64,000 nt of DNA, taken from the NCBI GenBank assembly GCA_041676625.1, contig JBAYRN010000015.1, positions 1,555 to 65,554 on the forward strand, in the 5' to 3' direction. Position numbers and translations under genes: made by a program. Positions 18,416 through 26,777 of the stretch are shown here, in pieces; position 1 is the stretch's first letter, and every line of letters starts with the position of its first letter. The stretch comes from Vulcanimicrobiota bacterium. Lineage in GTDB: Bacteria; Vulcanimicrobiota; Xenobia; Xenobiales; JADMJV01. Below the pieces are notes generated by a model that searched no databases, had not been told where the DNA came from, and worked only from the letters and a program-made list of their open reading frames with translations.

Positions 18416-18724
18416 ATGACCGCCGCACCAAGTTTTTATCTGCCCGAAGAACTCGTCTACTTGCTGGAAAGTGTCGAAAATTTGCCTGCCGAAGAGATCG
18501 CTTACTGCGCTCTGCCTCACCTCGAAAGATTCTCGGATGCTGCACAGAAAGCCGAAATCGGATTTCAGTTGCTCAACAACATCAGCCGAAGCGCCTGTCC
18601 GGCCGCCGCTGAAGCCACCAAAGCTCTGGCCGTGATGGCCAAATTTCCCCACTACCCTCGCCCCCGGGCCGCCGTAGCCATGGCCGCCCTGAAAGGACTG
18701 GCCGGCGGAAAGACAGCTGCCTAG
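18416..18724 (+). CDS. Hypothetical small protein
   Basis: 102-aa ORF in the gap between sbcD and the HTTM gene. AAGGAGA lies 13 nt upstream and the codon usage is plausible. The competing minus-strand ORF 18332..18652 looks less protein-like. No motif recognised. Confidence 0.4.
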   Translation: MTAAPSFYLPEELVYLLESVENLPAEEIAYCALPHLERFSDAAQKAEIGFQLLNNISRSACPAAAEATKALAVMAKFPHYPRPRAAVAMAALKGLAGGKTAA

Positions 18725-18728
18725 GAGC

Positions 18729-20117
18729 CTAAGGCTGTTCAGCTAGGACCACCGGCTCCGGAACCACGGGCAAACCGGGCGGTTGAGATAACTCCTTTAC
18801 AAAAATTAGTCGTGCGCTTTTCGTTTCGATGTGAGGGTGCGACTTTTTCCATTTCTCCAGAAGATAGACCAGGGTGTCGCTGCGCCAGTTCGGAGTGTCC
18901 TGGATCTCTATCTGGATCAGGTTTTGCATCCAGCGGCGCCAACGCTGGTTGGGAAAGCGCGAGGAGCCCAAATGGGGCCGCCCCGACTCATCCACCGGAC
19001 CGCGCTGCAGGATATCTCTGACCCCCTGGTCGGTCTCCACCAACAACTGAAAATAGCCGTCCTCTCTAAACGGAAAGGGAGCAAAAAAGTGCCAGTGCTG
19101 GTGCTGGTAGGTGTAGCGAGCCACCACGTGGGCCCAGGTTGGAAGTTTCTGAACGTGGCCGATGCTGTAGATATTGACGTAGACCATGTAAGCCAGTATC
19201 AACCCGGCAAAAACCCGAGTCGGGGTGTTCAGGCGATAGCCCGGCGGCAACTCCTCAACCTCTGCGGTCGGCTCTTCAGGCCACCGACGGTCCCACCAGG
19301 CCCCCGGTACGAAAACCACCAGACTCACGATCATGATGAGCATGAAGATTCCCAGGTGCAACATCAGAGCGATCCCCAGGTGAAAGGAGACCGCCAGCAG
19401 CAAGAAGGACCCTCGGACCCAGGTAAAGCGAACCGGCACCAACAGCAAGATAGGCAGCAAAAACTCCAGTCCCAGGGCCGCCCAGGTGAGATAGCGGAGG
19501 ACTTCCGGGTAAGAGAGCAGACTCAGCCCCAGGTTCGTGGTGAACTGGTCGATGGAGAGCGTATAGTAGAGAGCCTCTCCGGTTTTGCGCCAGTCTTCAC
19601 CGGTCTTTAAGAGGGCGGCGAAAAAGTAAAGCAGGAAAAACTGCAGGTAGACCCCGACCGTGGCCAGACTGCGAAACTTCGGGGAGAGCTTCGACCAGTC
19701 TTTTCCTCGGGCATCCATCGACCAGCGTGCACCCAGGGGCAAGAAGAACGTCCAGAACAGAAGGACCCGCAAAAAATCGTCTCCTCCGTCCATGACCATG
19801 GGGTTGCGCAGTTGGATGGAGACCACGAAGTACCAGGTCACGAAGCAGGCCAGCCTGGTCTGGTAGCCCACCAGCATACAGACGGCGGCGGTGGCCCAAG
19901 CTGCAAAGAGAAAAAGCAGTCCGGCGGTATCTCCGGAGGATAAAAAGAGGCAGTAGACCGGGCTGAGCCAGGTCTGGGCAAAGACCGAGGGGCGAGAGAG
20001 CAGGCCCGCATCGCCGTAAAACGCTTGCAGATCCCGGAGCCTGAGGGCGATGTCCAGCAGCACCAGACCGGCCAGGCCGATCCGCCAGGCAGCCAGACTG
20101 CGCAAGTCCAGGGTCAA
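18729..20117 (-). CDS. HTTM domain-containing polytopic membrane protein (vitamin K-dependent gamma-carboxylase-like fold)
   Basis: 462 aa. N-terminal LRSLAAWRIGLAGLVLLDIALRLRDLQAFYGDAGLL followed by many TM helices, typical of HTTM. The C-terminal HWHFFAPFP region is also typical. It is a paralogue of 23015..24388. Confidence 0.8.
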   Translation of the reverse strand: MTLDLRSLAAWRIGLAGLVLLDIALRLRDLQAFYGDAGLLSRPSVFAQTWLSPVYCLFLSSGDTAGLLFLFAAWATAAVCMLVGYQTRLACFVTWYFVVSIQLRNPMVMDGGDDFLRVLLFWTFFLPLGARWSMDARGKDWSKLSPKFRSLATVGVYLQFFLLYFFAALLKTGEDWRKTGEALYYTLSIDQFTTNLGLSLLSYPEVLRYLTWAALGLEFLLPILLLVPVRFTWVRGSFLLLAVSFHLGIALMLHLGIFMLIMIVSLVVFVPGAWWDRRWPEEPTAEVEELPPGYRLNTPTRVFAGLILAYMVYVNIYSIGHVQKLPTWAHVVARYTYQHQHWHFFAPFPFREDGYFQLLVETDQGVRDILQRGPVDESGRPHLGSSRFPNQRWRRWMQNLIQIEIQDTPNWRSDTLVYLLEKWKKSHPHIETKSARLIFVKELSQPPGLPVVPEPVVLAEQP

Positions 20118-20124
20118 GACGGCT

Positions 20125-20835
20125 TCAGCCCCTTGGGGTGACCCGCGAGTCTACCCGAATGTAGTAGCTGGCCGGACCCTTGTCAGTGGGGTGGCCCGCT
20201 TCCAATCGGATGTCGTAAGAGCGCTTTCGTTCCACCGAAGCACCGCCCAGAAAGTCCCGGGTCCCGGCGCCGTCGTCCACCTCACCGGTGAACTCCGTGA
20301 CTTCGAAGCCGCACACGTCGTGCCCCAGGGTACGGGTCTCGGTATCGGAGGCGGCGGCGAAATCGGCGGTGTCCTGGTCGTCCATCTCGTCTGCCACCTC
20401 TTCCACGTCGGTGTTACCGGTGCGCCCAGCCCCATTGGTGTCTCCGTCGTCTAAGGGTCTCTCTTTGCGTATGAGCCGACCCAGGCTGGGGTCGGTGGGG
20501 TGAGCTTCAAAGTAGTAACAGATGAGCCTCTGCCAATAGATCTGGCCGGTCTGCTGGTCGAACTGAGCCTGGCCCTGGGGAGTGATGGAGGAGGCAAAGA
20601 CCACGCCCGGAGGCGAATCGTAGAGCCGGATCAACTCATGGCGGCTGTTGCTGAGTTCGGCGTTCAACATCCCCAGGGCCTTGATGGCGGAGCTTTGAGC
20701 CTCGGCGGCGGCCTGATTGGTCCGAAAGAGCAGAATGCCTTCGCGAAATACCTGAAAAGCTCCCGCGATGACGATCGACATGATGCCGATCGAAACCATG
20801 AGTTCCATGAGGGATATGCCCCGCCGGTCCCTCAT
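20125..20835 (-). CDS. Prepilin-type N-terminal cleavage/methylation domain protein (GspJ/PilW-like minor pseudopilin)
   Basis: The leader MRDRRG|ISLMELMVSIGIMSIVIAGAF has Gly-1 and Glu+5. An acidic DDGDTNGAGRTGNTDVEEVADEMDDQD loop is present. It overlaps the upstream pseudopilin gene as ATGA. Confidence 0.8.
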   Translation of the reverse strand: MRDRRGISLMELMVSIGIMSIVIAGAFQVFREGILLFRTNQAAAEAQSSAIKALGMLNAELSNSRHELIRLYDSPPGVVFASSITPQGQAQFDQQTGQIYWQRLICYYFEAHPTDPSLGRLIRKERPLDDGDTNGAGRTGNTDVEEVADEMDDQDTADFAAASDTETRTLGHDVCGFEVTEFTGEVDDGAGTRDFLGGASVERKRSYDIRLEAGHPTDKGPASYYIRVDSRVTPRG

Positions 20836-21332
20836 CGCATGGCGTCCCTGTAAACAAAAGTGGAGTAGCGCACGCTGTTGTTGTACTTGCCGTCTTCGAT
20901 GATTTCGCTACCGGTGGTGGAGTGCCAACGCACGGTCACCGAAATCCAACAGATATCCTCGGAGGCCTGGGGGATCAAAGGACGGTCGTTGGTATCCCCG
21001 TCGCCCGGGGTGGCATCGGTGTTGAGAACCAGATCGTAGAGGATGTTGAAACGGATATCGGCGCTGTTACCCCGGACCCGGCGCAACACCACGTAGTCCT
21101 CCTCTACGGGGACAGCCCCCGATTCGACCTGGCTCTTTAGCCAATCGAACCCGTTGGCGATCAAACCTTCGTTGACCCCTCGGGCCAGATGGTTGGCGGC
21201 GGTAAACTCTCCCGACATGGCCATGGCACGTCCGTACATCACCCAAACCCCGGAGAGGGCGACGGCGATCATGACAAAGACCCCCGTGGCAACCAGGGTC
21301 TCCAGCAAGCTATGCCCGTTTTGATGGCGCAA
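20832..21332 (-). CDS. Prepilin-type N-terminal cleavage/methylation domain protein (GspH/I-like minor pseudopilin)
   Basis: The leader MRHQNG|HSLLETLVATGVFVMIAVAL has Gly-1 and Glu+5. 166 aa. Confidence 0.8.
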   Translation of the reverse strand: MRHQNGHSLLETLVATGVFVMIAVALSGVWVMYGRAMAMSGEFTAANHLARGVNEGLIANGFDWLKSQVESGAVPVEEDYVVLRRVRGNSADIRFNILYDLVLNTDATPGDGDTNDRPLIPQASEDICWISVTVRWHSTTGSEIIEDGKYNNSVRYSTFVYRDAMR

Positions 21333-21345
21333 AGATACTCCGGAG

Positions 21346-22971
21346 TTACTTCATCTGCATAAGCATGCTACCACCACCACAACCCACACCTCCGGTAGGC
21401 GGCGGGGCTGGAGGCGGAGGGCCCGGCGGAGGGGGTCCGGGCGGAGGCGGGGGAGCGCCGAACCCTGAACCGGCGGGGGGCGGGGCCAGGGTCTGGGCTG
21501 ATTTCACAGCTCCCATGGTGGTGGCCGTGCCGCTAAGATTGAAGTCGAAGGTTCCAGCCACCGTAGACGCATCCAAGAGGGCCGTGTCGAAGTGAATCAT
21601 TCCGGTATCGGCCAGGCTTACCGAGCGGCCGAGCACCGAGCCCCAGAGCTGGGAGTCGGCCAGGATCCTGACATCCATCTCATATCCCGCCAGCAGGGCA
21701 AAGATCTCGCTGTCTTCCAGGATCAGCTCACACTCCCCGGCAGCATAAAACTTCAGGGCCCCGGGCGGGCAGTCTCGATTGACGTTGTTGCTACCGCTGA
21801 AGCGGATCTGAGGACCCTTTACATAGATCCGTACCGGGTCCAGTTTTCCGTCGTCGTCGGTGTCGTCGATCACGATGGAAGAAGACCCGCAGATGAAGCT
21901 TCCCTCCACCAGGTAGTCGGTGCCCTCGGCCAGGACCAGCCCGCTCCCGGGCACGCTATAGGAAGCCCCGGCTCCGCCGCCCAGCAGAGTCGCCTCCCCG
22001 GGTACCCGGGGAGCCTCGATCACCGGCAACCTCTTGTTCTGGTTCTGCTTACTGACCCAGCCGTTGAGGAGTTCATGGCCGGTCCCGGTGGCCCCATAGG
22101 ATCCGATGTTGTAGGTAGCAGGAGACCCGGAGGTCGTCCCCTCCCCCTGAGGAGCCGTCAGAAAACTGGTGATCTCGTTACTGGTGGCTCCTTCGTCGAA
22201 GAGTAGCCAGCCGTTGATTCGGGCGTTAGAGCCCAGGGTCACGGCGCCTGGCTGAGTGGGTTCCTCGTTATTGGTGGCCACGTTGGCCAGGGGTTGATCG
22301 AGGGAAGTAAAGGGAGTGTCAAGCGGAGGCACGAGGATATCCGTCCAGGGTCCTTTTCCGTCGCTGGCGCTCGAATCGAAGTGATCGATCCGGCCGTCGA
22401 TGTCCAGGGAATCCACCCCGAAAGCTGCGTGATTGAGGATGGGGAATTTGGGTGCGAGGGTGGCCCCCATGGTCACCTCTTCAGCCCGAATTCCGGACTC
22501 GGTTTCCCCCACAGCCATAATGTAAAAGTGCTCCGGCGGTACGATCGTGCCGTCGGGAGGGACGTTGAGGGGGTCATCATCATCATCGAGAGCAGCGGTG
22601 TCCGTGACTCCGCCCGCAAAGCCCTCCAGGTTGTGATAAAGCCGGGAAGCCGCGGTTACTCCGTTGGGCATGCCGATGAGCACCCGGCGGTCGATCTCAA
22701 GCCAGCTATCCCCGCTGATCCCGTCATCATCGAAGTCCATATCGACCGGCGGCTCTTTGAGCATCGCCACCGACATCTGAATAGCGGTGTAGGCACCGTA
22801 GTAGGCCTGATCGGACTGCCCCTTTCGAGACACCGAGTTGAGATTAAAGGCAGCCTGCGCTCCGATGGCGGCGGTGAAGACAGCCAGTACTGTGGCAAAT
22901 CCCAGAACTAGAACCAGGCCGAAACCTCGCTTCTGGTCTCTAGTCAGAGGTTTAGAATCCCTGGTGAGCAA
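21346..22971 (-). CDS. Large GspK/PilX-like pseudopilin-type protein with a polyproline C-terminal tail
   Basis: 541 aa. N-terminal DQKRG|FGLVLVLGFATVLAVFTAAIGAQAAFNL lacks Glu+5, as GspK does. DFDDDGISGD and DDTDDDGKLD are Ca-loop-like motifs. The C-terminus is APPPPPGPPPPGPPPPAPPPTGGVGCGGGSMLMQMK. Confidence 0.7.
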   Translation of the reverse strand: MLTRDSKPLTRDQKRGFGLVLVLGFATVLAVFTAAIGAQAAFNLNSVSRKGQSDQAYYGAYTAIQMSVAMLKEPPVDMDFDDDGISGDSWLEIDRRVLIGMPNGVTAASRLYHNLEGFAGGVTDTAALDDDDDPLNVPPDGTIVPPEHFYIMAVGETESGIRAEEVTMGATLAPKFPILNHAAFGVDSLDIDGRIDHFDSSASDGKGPWTDILVPPLDTPFTSLDQPLANVATNNEEPTQPGAVTLGSNARINGWLLFDEGATSNEITSFLTAPQGEGTTSGSPATYNIGSYGATGTGHELLNGWVSKQNQNKRLPVIEAPRVPGEATLLGGGAGASYSVPGSGLVLAEGTDYLVEGSFICGSSSIVIDDTDDDGKLDPVRIYVKGPQIRFSGSNNVNRDCPPGALKFYAAGECELILEDSEIFALLAGYEMDVRILADSQLWGSVLGRSVSLADTGMIHFDTALLDASTVAGTFDFNLSGTATTMGAVKSAQTLAPPPAGSGFGAPPPPPGPPPPGPPPPAPPPTGGVGCGGGSMLMQMK

Positions 22972-23014
22972 GTGTTATCCTTTCGATCCCTGACCAAGTT
23001 TAGCAAATTTTTTG

Positions 23015-24388
23015 CTACAAGTCATGAGCCTTTATGACACCGTGCCACAGGACCCAGTTTTCGGGGTCTCGGTACTGCCCGTCGCGGTCGACTGTTCGTA
23101 CCTGGAACCGATACAAGACATGACCACTCTCCGGAGGCGCCAGGATTCGAGCCAGGCCGGGCCTGAGCAAGGCGAACCTCGGGTAGAGGGAGGCTATCAT
23201 CATCATCTTCATGCGGTGGCTTGAAAACGAGTGCTCAGGGCTGGGGATCTCCAGTAGGATCTCACCCTCGGGCATGGAGAGGATTTGAAAGTGGCCGTTG
23301 TAGGGGGGGATCGGGCTGAAGAGGTCCCAGTGCTGCTCCAGTCGCAGGGCCTGGCTCAAGCCCACCAAAAACCCAGGGCGCTGGAAGGCCGGTCCCTCGG
23401 GGCGGGCCGCCAGATTCGAAAGTAGCGCCAGGCCCACACAGCCCACCAGGATCGGCTTGAGCGCTCGAGGGAGTGGGCCGGTGACACCCGTTTTGCTTCC
23501 CATCGCGTTGTCGAGATAGCGTTCCAGGCCGCTCAAGGGGCGTCTGTTCCACCAGTCATGGGACAGCAGTGGCAAGAGCGCGATCAGGCCGATCAGGGGA
23601 AAGAGCCCCAGCTTGAAGAGGAGAAAAACTCCCAGGTGAAAGCTCAGCAGTAGCCAGAACGCCACCGCGCGCAGCAGACGTGGCTGAAACGGGGTCAGCA
23701 GGAGAAGCCCGGCAAAAAGCTCTCCAGCCACCACCGCGTAGTTCATCGCCTTCAGCACCACCTCCGGGGCTCGCGCCAAATAGCCCGCCAACGTTCCGGC
23801 GAAAAGTGGACTCTGCAGAGAGTGGTAGAAGCCGTCTCCCCGGACCAACCAGAAATCACCGTACTTCAGAAAAGCCGCAAAGATATAGATCTGAGCCAGT
23901 TGCAGCAGATAGGCAGCCACCGGCAACCCCTCCTCGCTCCCGGAGGCCCCCCGGCCGGCCCGGGCGTCCAAAGACCAGCGGGCCCCCAGGGGAAGAAAAA
24001 AGCTCCAGAAGAGAAGCAGAGAAAGTTCCAGATCACCCCGATCGTTGACCATGGGGTTGCGGACCAACAGGGAGTTGAAGAGAAACCAACTGCCCACCGT
24101 CATCAGCCGGGTGCGCCAACCCAGAAAAAGCCCCAGCCCCAACCCCACCTGCAGCATGAGCAGTAGAAAAAGACCCATCCAGTGGCCCACCCCCAGGTGA
24201 AAACAGAGCCACTGCTGGGCAAACTCGGAGCGGCTGAAGAGAAGCCGGGGCAGCACCCCCTGGTCGGTGTAAAACTCGCTCAGGTGGCCCACGCGAGTGC
24301 CCACGTCGATGATCAGAAGCAGGCCCAGCGCTATACGAAAAAGGGCCAGCGATCGGAGATCGAATCTGGCCCATTTTTCCTGAGACAT
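23015..24388 (-). CDS. HTTM domain-containing polytopic membrane protein (second paralogue)
   Basis: 457 aa. LRSLALFRIALGLLLIIDVGTRVGHLSEFYTDQGVLP is followed by many TM helices and a QHWDLFSPIP region. Confidence 0.8.
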   Translation of the reverse strand: MSQEKWARFDLRSLALFRIALGLLLIIDVGTRVGHLSEFYTDQGVLPRLLFSRSEFAQQWLCFHLGVGHWMGLFLLLMLQVGLGLGLFLGWRTRLMTVGSWFLFNSLLVRNPMVNDRGDLELSLLLFWSFFLPLGARWSLDARAGRGASGSEEGLPVAAYLLQLAQIYIFAAFLKYGDFWLVRGDGFYHSLQSPLFAGTLAGYLARAPEVVLKAMNYAVVAGELFAGLLLLTPFQPRLLRAVAFWLLLSFHLGVFLLFKLGLFPLIGLIALLPLLSHDWWNRRPLSGLERYLDNAMGSKTGVTGPLPRALKPILVGCVGLALLSNLAARPEGPAFQRPGFLVGLSQALRLEQHWDLFSPIPPYNGHFQILSMPEGEILLEIPSPEHSFSSHRMKMMMIASLYPRFALLRPGLARILAPPESGHVLYRFQVRTVDRDGQYRDPENWVLWHGVIKAHDL

Positions 24389-24395
24389 CGGGTCC

Positions 24396-25379
24396 TCAGA
24401 CGGTGACGCTTTCCCTTAAGAAAGCGGGCAAATCCCCGAAGTTTTCCTGATAGCGCCGGGCGAACTCTTGCGGGCTGTAGGCGTGCTTCTGGGTGCCGTA
24501 CTCCTCCACCACGAACACCGCCGCCACACTGCCCATCCGGCCGCATTCCAGATACGAGCAACCGTTAACCAGACCGGCCACGAAGCCTCCCCGGTAGGCG
24601 TCTCCGCAGCCGGTGGGGTCCAGCGCCTGGTCGGTCTTGACCGGGCTGACCTTGATCTCGTCCTGACCCCTGACCAGGATCCGGCTGCCCTCCTCACCGA
24701 GCGTGATCACCAGGACCTCGATCTCCTCGTGGAGTTCCTCTACCGATTTACCGGTCTTTTCGCAGAAGATGCTGAACTCGTAGTCATTGAGGATCAGGGC
24801 TTTGGCCCCCTTGGCCCCCTCCCACAGAAACTCACCGTCCATGGCGATCACCTGGAAGGAAGGGTCATAAAGAAGGATGGCTCCAGATTCTTTGGCTTCG
24901 ATGCAGTGCCGCTTCATAGCCTCGGGGTCGTCCGGGCTGACGATCACGTAGTGAGCACCTTTCAGGGCGTCCTTCACCGAAAGCTGTGAAGCCTGGTTCA
25001 TGGCACCGGTGTAGAAGCCGGTGATCTGGTTGTGTTTGGAGTCGGTGGTAATAAAGCAGGTCGCGGTCATCTCGTCGGGCACCCGCAAGATGTCTTCGGT
25101 CATCACCCCGGCCTCGGATAAAAACTGTTCGTACTCATCGAAGTCGTGCCCGGCACAGGCCAGAATCCGCGATTTTTCGCCCAGCAAAGACATGGTATAG
25201 GCGATGTTTCCAGCCACTCCACCCCGCTGCTTGATGACCTTGTCCACCAAAAACGATAGGTTGATCATGTGCAGTTTATCGGCCAGGATGTGGTCCTGAA
25301 ACTTGCCTGGAAAACTCAAGATAAAATCGAAGGCCAGCGACCCCGTCACCAGAACTCGGCAGTTGCTTGTTTTACTCAC
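24396..25379 (-). CDS. PfkB-family carbohydrate/nucleoside kinase (adenosine-kinase-like)
   Basis: 327 aa. GGVAGNIAY (signature 1 region) and DPTGCGDAYRGGF (PfkB signature 2). Confidence 0.9.
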   Translation of the reverse strand: MSKTSNCRVLVTGSLAFDFILSFPGKFQDHILADKLHMINLSFLVDKVIKQRGGVAGNIAYTMSLLGEKSRILACAGHDFDEYEQFLSEAGVMTEDILRVPDEMTATCFITTDSKHNQITGFYTGAMNQASQLSVKDALKGAHYVIVSPDDPEAMKRHCIEAKESGAILLYDPSFQVIAMDGEFLWEGAKGAKALILNDYEFSIFCEKTGKSVEELHEEIEVLVITLGEEGSRILVRGQDEIKVSPVKTDQALDPTGCGDAYRGGFVAGLVNGCSYLECGRMGSVAAVFVVEEYGTQKHAYSPQEFARRYQENFGDLPAFLRESVTV

Positions 25380-25448
25380 GATAGACTCCTTCAGACAGGT
25401 ATGGTTTCCCCCAATGTTCGTAGCTTAAACTCCAGGCCATGCGAGCGT

Positions 25449-26777
25449 TCAAATCCTGGCCACGGCGTCCAGTAGACTTTCCCAGGTATTGGAGGAGAGC
25501 TGATACCCTTTTCCCCCCTGCCAGACCGCCGGACCACCCTCCACGGTAAAGACCAGGGGTAAGGACTTACCACCCTCCAGGGTAAGGGTGATGCTCATCC
25601 TTTGAGAAGGCATGGTTTGGCCTTCCAGGACCGCTTCATAACGCAAGTCTTTCAAGACCCAGAGCACACCGCTGAGGGCCTCTTCTCCCGCATCCTTACC
25701 CTTCTGGGTCTCCCATTTCCCCATAAGGTTTTTTACCCCGGAGTACGACTTACCGATGTCCTGAAGCTCCAGACCCTTGACCTTGTCCATGTCGAAGATC
25801 GCCACTCGCCGGTCTTCGAAGGTCGAGGCGTCGGGGTTCATCAGCTCGCTGGAACGGCCGATCTCCACCACGAACTTCTCTAAAGTGTTGGGAACCGGTT
25901 CGCCCGTCTCGGGGTCCTGCAGATACCTCTGCCCATAGACAAACTGGGGCTGAACCCCCACTCGCTGCTTGAGTTCCGTAACCCGCAGATACTTGGAATA
26001 ACCGAGTCGGGCCTGGTAGGTAACCACCGTGTCTCCCATCAGGGTCTCCTCATCGGGGGCCAAAAAGCGTCCCACTTTGAGGTCTTTGAGTTTGAACAAA
26101 AACGCCTCCACCCGGGACTCGTCGGCCTTCCCGCTCTTCGGCACCACAAAGGAAAAGGTCTGGTCCTCATTCTGCTTGAGTTCCAGCACCTTGTCCCCGG
26201 CCAACAATACCGAAAGATTCTTGACCGCCGGGACATCCACCGGCAAAAGTGCGGTCTCTCGAAGGTCTTTGGGCTCTTCCTCCAGCACCCCGAGGGCGTA
26301 GGCAGGAACCGTCCAGATCGAGCCTCCACTTTCCAACTGTCCGTAGAAGTGGTTGTAGTCCGGGACCCGGTCTCCCAGTTTCACGGTGGCGACCTCCTTG
26401 CCGTCTTTCCACACCGTGATCCGATAGCTCGGTTCGTCCAAACCGAACTCCTTCTCCCGTTCGGCGTCCGGGTCGGGCTCCATTTCCCGCTCCCGACTCA
26501 ACTCCAGCACGCTGGTCACCAGTTGGTGCGACTTCTCGATCTTCAGCAAATGAGAATCGATAAACCACTCGTCCCCGTGGCTCACCAATTCGTACTCGAA
26601 AACCGGATCGGTGCAGACAACCCGAATCCTGGAGACCTCTTCCTCAGTGAGGCTGGGGAAATAGCGAGCCTCCTCGTACTCTCGATGGGTCGTCTGCAGT
26701 TTATTGGCCTTGGACCAGACGTAGAAGCAACCCAGGCTCAGAGCTGCGAGCAGCAGAAAAAGCTGGGTTCGGTTCAA
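25449..26777 (-). CDS. DUF4340-like protein (accessory protein that usually follows GldG-type genes)
   Basis: 442 aa with one N-terminal TM helix (LFLLLAALSLGCFYVW). Its position directly after the GldG-like gene, with a 4-nt overlap, is typical of DUF4340. Confidence 0.65.
   Translation of the reverse strand: MNRTQLFLLLAALSLGCFYVWSKANKLQTTHREYEEARYFPSLTEEEVSRIRVVCTDPVFEYELVSHGDEWFIDSHLLKIEKSHQLVTSVLELSREREMEPDPDAEREKEFGLDEPSYRITVWKDGKEVATVKLGDRVPDYNHFYGQLESGGSIWTVPAYALGVLEEEPKDLRETALLPVDVPAVKNLSVLLAGDKVLELKQNEDQTFSFVVPKSGKADESRVEAFLFKLKDLKVGRFLAPDEETLMGDTVVTYQARLGYSKYLRVTELKQRVGVQPQFVYGQRYLQDPETGEPVPNTLEKFVVEIGRSSELMNPDASTFEDRRVAIFDMDKVKGLELQDIGKSYSGVKNLMGKWETQKGKDAGEEALSGVLWVLKDLRYEAVLEGQTMPSQRMSITLTLEGGKSLPLVFTVEGGPAVWQGGKGYQLSSNTWESLLDAVARI

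Noticed and set aside
18332-18652. A 106-aa minus-strand ORF in the gap between sbcD and the HTTM gene.
   Set aside because: It overlaps the more protein-like plus-strand ORF 18416..18724 and has no RBS. Its sequence is Gly/Phe-rich, which looks like antisense-type composition. Both calls are weak, however.
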